Shown: one piece after another, positions 61,072-64,000 of the stretch
Layout: every line of letters starts with the position of its first letter
Numbering within the stretch: position 1 is the stretch's first letter
Assembly (NCBI GenBank): GCA_947259735.1
Contig: CAMYNN010000001.1
Location: 114,515-178,514 of the forward strand
DNA: 64,000 nt
Reading direction: 5' to 3'
DNA from: Thermodesulfovibrionia bacterium
GTDB lineage: Bacteria > Nitrospirota > Thermodesulfovibrionia > UBA6902
Notes under the pieces: model-generated
Database searches by the model: none
Seen by the model: the letters and a program-made list of their open reading frames with translations, nothing else
Told to the model about the DNA's origin: nothing
Position numbers and translations under genes: made by a program

Positions 61072-61389
61072 GTGAATAAAAGGGACTGCGAACGAATACC
61101 GTCCAGCCTGGTAGTCAAATTTCTTCAGAATGAATCAGTCTGCTACGGCATTGTGACGAACCTTTCGGAAAAGGGGATGTGCATAAAATCCGGAATCTGC
61201 TTCCCTCTGGATTCTAAGATTAAGTTGCAGATACCCCTGAAGAAGGGTCATCTGAACATTCCTGTCAGGGTCATGCGAATAGACAAGACCGATGACTTCT
61301 ACGATACAATGGGTGTAGAGTTGATAAAAACAACGAAAAAATATCTTAATATTGTGCAGAGCATTTCCATGGCCCTCGATAGTGTCTGA
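61072..61389 (+). CDS. Single-domain PilZ-like protein
   Basis: 105 aa, GTG start. RDCER (RxxxR) and NLSEKG (D/NxSxxG) at canonical spacing. Confidence 0.6.
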   Translation: MNKRDCERIPSSLVVKFLQNESVCYGIVTNLSEKGMCIKSGICFPLDSKIKLQIPLKKGHLNIPVRVMRIDKTDDFYDTMGVELIKTTKKYLNIVQSISMALDSV

Positions 61390-61900
61390 CTCCTTGAATA
61401 GTCAATCAAAAAATCATAACTAACTCTATAAGCTCCTTTAGTGTCTTATTCGCCCTGTATTCCTGCCAATGATTCTCTGTTCTTCAGTGAAATCCATACA
61501 CTATGTGAAATTTGTTACAGTTTCTGTTTTTGAGAATTCATTTTTTATCAATGCTTGAAATTGCTTATAGTATGCATAGTTGCGCAAATATTGAGAAGGG
61601 TTTTTTCGATTGATTCGTAAAAAAATAATCAACAACTAGGTGATATACTATAAAGATAATCAAATAAATATACGATAGGAAAGGGAGGGGTTAGATTTTT
61701 TATTGCTAATAGGTAGAATCAGTATCTTTGTCATTGAATTGACTTGATAATGAAAGAGGTCATTCACTCTTGTCAGATGGAACAAATAGTTGTAATATGA
61801 ATCCAAGAGAGGTGGATTGAAAAGAATCTTATAAAATAATCATTATAAATGCGATTAATGATGTGCAGATGGACAGTTGTGGAAAATAATGGAGAGAATC

Positions 61901-62479
61901 ATGAAGGAAACAAAGATTAACTGGATATCGATCATAATCTTTTTTGCGGCAGCACTGTTTGTGCTATCCTCAGGCACTGCCTACCCGGCTTCCACATCAA
62001 GAATTGACGAGGGAGACGCATGGCATTACTTCAAAGGTGAAACTGAGCCTCCGCATAAATGGAGTCATTACGGATTTGATGATACAGGCTGGGAAAAAGG
62101 CGCTTCAGGAATAGGATATGGGAGAGTTAATATCAGAACTCACCTGAGAGATATGCGGGGCGTGTATTCAAAGATCTACGGCAGACGTGAATTTACCGTG
62201 AGAAACCCGGCATTAGTAAACAGTATAAGGATGTCTGTTTTCTGTGACGGCCCCTTTAGTGCATATCTCAATGGCATTGAGATAGTTCGATACACAATAC
62301 CTCAGGCGCCTTCCGGCCACTCCAGAAAAGCTGTTGCTCAGCCTGAACTGCTGGACCTTTCCGGAGTTATTCACGAGTTGTTACAAGGGAAGAATCTTTT
62401 AGCTATTGAGTGCAATAACGATGATATCAACAGTCATGATTTTTCATTCACTCCTTTTTTTGAAGTCATCGAAGAGTAG
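61901..62479 (+). CDS. Secreted/anchored hypothetical protein (possible galactose-binding-like beta-sandwich)
   Basis: ATG 61901 follows GGAGAG (the track starts at TTG 61877). Signal/anchor INWISIIIFFAAALFVLSSG. WHYFKG...W...FDDTGWEKGASGIGYG resembles the N-terminal lectin-like modules of some exported enzymes. This is a weak call. Confidence 0.4.
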   Translation: MKETKINWISIIIFFAAALFVLSSGTAYPASTSRIDEGDAWHYFKGETEPPHKWSHYGFDDTGWEKGASGIGYGRVNIRTHLRDMRGVYSKIYGRREFTVRNPALVNSIRMSVFCDGPFSAYLNGIEIVRYTIPQAPSGHSRKAVAQPELLDLSGVIHELLQGKNLLAIECNNDDINSHDFSFTPFFEVIEE

Positions 62480-62484
62480 GATTT

Positions 62485-64000
62485 ATGATCGCGACCGAAA
62501 ATAGAATAAATAAGAAACGAGCTCCATTCCGGTGGGCTTCTTTATTAATGATACTTATTATACCTTTCATTCTCCTGTGGGCTGTAGTCTCGCCGGTGTA
62601 TGGCGCAGATGTAAAATACATCATATTGATGGTTGCAGATGGATGGGGCGCGAAACACATCGAGGCGGCGAATGATTATACGAACAGTACTCCTTTTTAC
62701 CAGACAGATACAGTTAATTGGACATCATATTATATGTCCACCTATCCGGATGGTGGAAGTTATGATCCTACTTTCGCGTGGGGTGATTTCAACTATATGC
62801 TTACCAATCCGGTCACAGACAGTGCTGCTGCAGCAACGGCACTTTACTCAGGGGGAAAGACATCAAATTACCGCATCAGTGTTGCGCCGGACCCAGCAGT
62901 TGCCTTCCAGTCTATCGGTGAGGATGCGAAAGCCTTAAACATGTCGGTGGGAGCAGTAACAACGGTGCCGGCATCACATGCTACACCGGGTGCATGGGTT
63001 GCCCATAATATTAACCGGGGATATACCTATGCAATTGCAGATGAAGGATTTTTCGGTGATCCGAATGTGACATGTGCTACCTATCCGAATTGTAATACGT
63101 ATACGGAAGAAACTGACTGTGTTGATCTTTTGCCGCCTGGCAATCCTGATGGTATCGATGATAATAACGGGATTGACTGTAAATATTTTGGCCATCATGG
63201 TCCGACAACGCCGACCGTAGATGTACTCATTGGTGATGGAAGATCAGGGTATATAAACAGTGCGATGCGAACGAAATTAACGAATGATGGGATTTACGAA
63301 TTTGTCGATTGCCAGAGTGGATCCATATCGGATTGTGGAGATGCACTCGATACAGCTGCCGGTACTCCGGGCCAATCCGGAGTGACGAAAATGGCAGGAT
63401 TGTTTGACCTTCGATGGCGTCTTGCTGATGGCAGCGGTATGGATGGTACACCAGCAGCAGAATTAAAGACGCCTACACTTTTGGAAAGCACCCGTGCTGC
63501 ATTGACTGTGCTCAACAGGGATCCAGAAGGTTTTGTTCTCATGATCGAAGGTGGTGCAGTGGATTGGGGTTCACATGCCAATATTATGGATCAGATGGTC
63601 GGCGAAATGATCGGTTTTAATGATACTGTAAATGAAGTTATCAGCTGGGTGGAGGATACCGGTTACTGGCAGGGCAAAAATAATGGCAGCAGCTGGAGCA
63701 ATACTCTGGTTATTGTAACCGGTGACCATGAGTGCGGTTACTTGACTGCAGGACCAAATACGCTTCCTTCTCAGGCTCTTGGAGAGGTTAGTCCTACAAC
63801 CCTTACCAAGGAAAAGACATATTCCGGAACGCTTCGGGCAAGCTGGGAGGACAATAATCCCTCAAACAACGCAATAGATTCCGGAGAGACAGTTTACTGG
63901 GCATGGAACTCCGGAGGTCACTCCAATAGTCTTATCCCCATTTATACGCGAGGTGAAGGCTCTGGATTGTTTGATGCATGCATAGCTGACAATGATCCAG
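62485..64000 (+). CDS. Alkaline phosphatase (PhoA family), 3'-truncated by the window end
   Basis: Not in the ORF track because it has no stop in the window. ATG 62485 gives MIATENRINKKRAPFRWASLLMILIIPFILLWAVVSPVYGA (signal peptide). Motifs are ILMVADGWG, the active-site Ser motif DSAAAATALYSGGKT, IEGGAVDWGSHAN, VTGDHECG and NSGGHSN. Confidence 0.8.
   Translation, partial: MIATENRINKKRAPFRWASLLMILIIPFILLWAVVSPVYGADVKYIILMVADGWGAKHIEAANDYTNSTPFYQTDTVNWTSYYMSTYPDGGSYDPTFAWGDFNYMLTNPVTDSAAAATALYSGGKTSNYRISVAPDPAVAFQSIGEDAKALNMSVGAVTTVPASHATPGAWVAHNINRGYTYAIADEGFFGDPNVTCATYPNCNTYTEETDCVDLLPPGNPDGIDDNNGIDCKYFGHHGPTTPTVDVLIGDGRSGYINSAMRTKLTNDGIYEFVDCQSGSISDCGDALDTAAGTPGQSGVTKMAGLFDLRWRLADGSGMDGTPAAELKTPTLLESTRAALTVLNRDPEGFVLMIEGGAVDWGSHANIMDQMVGEMIGFNDTVNEVISWVEDTGYWQGKNNGSSWSNTLVIVTGDHECGYLTAGPNTLPSQALGEVSPTTLTKEKTYSGTLRASWEDNNPSNNAIDSGETVYWAWNSGGHSNSLIPIYTRGEGSGLFDACIADNDP

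Noticed and set aside
1-64000. Scanned for CRISPR arrays, rRNA genes, intact insertion sequences, integrases, prophage genes and known defence-system hallmarks (nucleases, helicases, TIR/SIR2, reverse transcriptase, toxin-antitoxin pairs).
   Set aside because: No evenly spaced direct repeats of 25-40 nt, no rRNA-like segments and none of these gene types were seen. The only mobile-element trace is the RAYT fragment at 45266-45472.

Overview
Chromosome segment from a diderm (Gram-negative-type) bacterium, moderately AT-rich. The taxon cannot be fixed from sequence alone; the gene order, csrA-fliW and sigma-54 wiring resemble Nitrospirota- or deltaproteobacteria-like flagellar loci. (i) 1-13.9 kb: flagellar cluster fliA-[orphan sigma region 4]-flgF-flgG-flgA-flgH-flgI-flgJ(N-domain)-flgM-flgN-flgK-flgL-csrA-fliW-flagellin-flaG-fliD-fliS, with two perfect sigma-28 promoters (flgM, flagellin). 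(ii) 14.1-38.9 kb: a single-strand island of about 25 kb with about a dozen glycosyltransferase domains, many fused into giant proteins of 1798, 1205, 927 and 673 aa. It also holds a SAM-methyltransferase domain, a tandem double sulfotransferase, a CMP-sugar activation module, a second fliS and a small MerR-type regulator, and several sigma-54 promoters drive it. No exporter, flippase or priming transferase is visible. I read it as a cytoplasmic flagellin-modification factory, possibly producing a sulfated glycan. (iii) 39.0-45.0 kb: two convergent stator systems. One lies in an operon response regulator-PilZ-motA-motB-histidine kinase; the other is motA-motB with an extended MotB. (iv) 45.2-52.9 kb: a RAYT/IS200-like transposase remnant, tRNA-Leu(CAA), a tlpA-like gene, gcvH-lpdA, kdsA-kdsD-kdsC, pgsA, plsY and queC. 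(v) 53-64 kb: TetR, a GT5-like glycosyltransferase, an HD-GYP response regulator, a membrane c-type cytochrome, small hypotheticals, TPR, FmdB, two single-domain PilZ genes, a secreted hypothetical and an alkaline phosphatase that runs off the window. No rRNA, CRISPR array, intact IS/prophage or recognisable defence genes were seen. The structural oddity not explained by gene calls is a set of inverted blocks of tandem degenerate heptanucleotides. In flgA, flgH and flgI they pair the 5' leader with the signal-peptide-coding region and enclose the translation start. All domain calls are motif recognition by eye and no searches were run.
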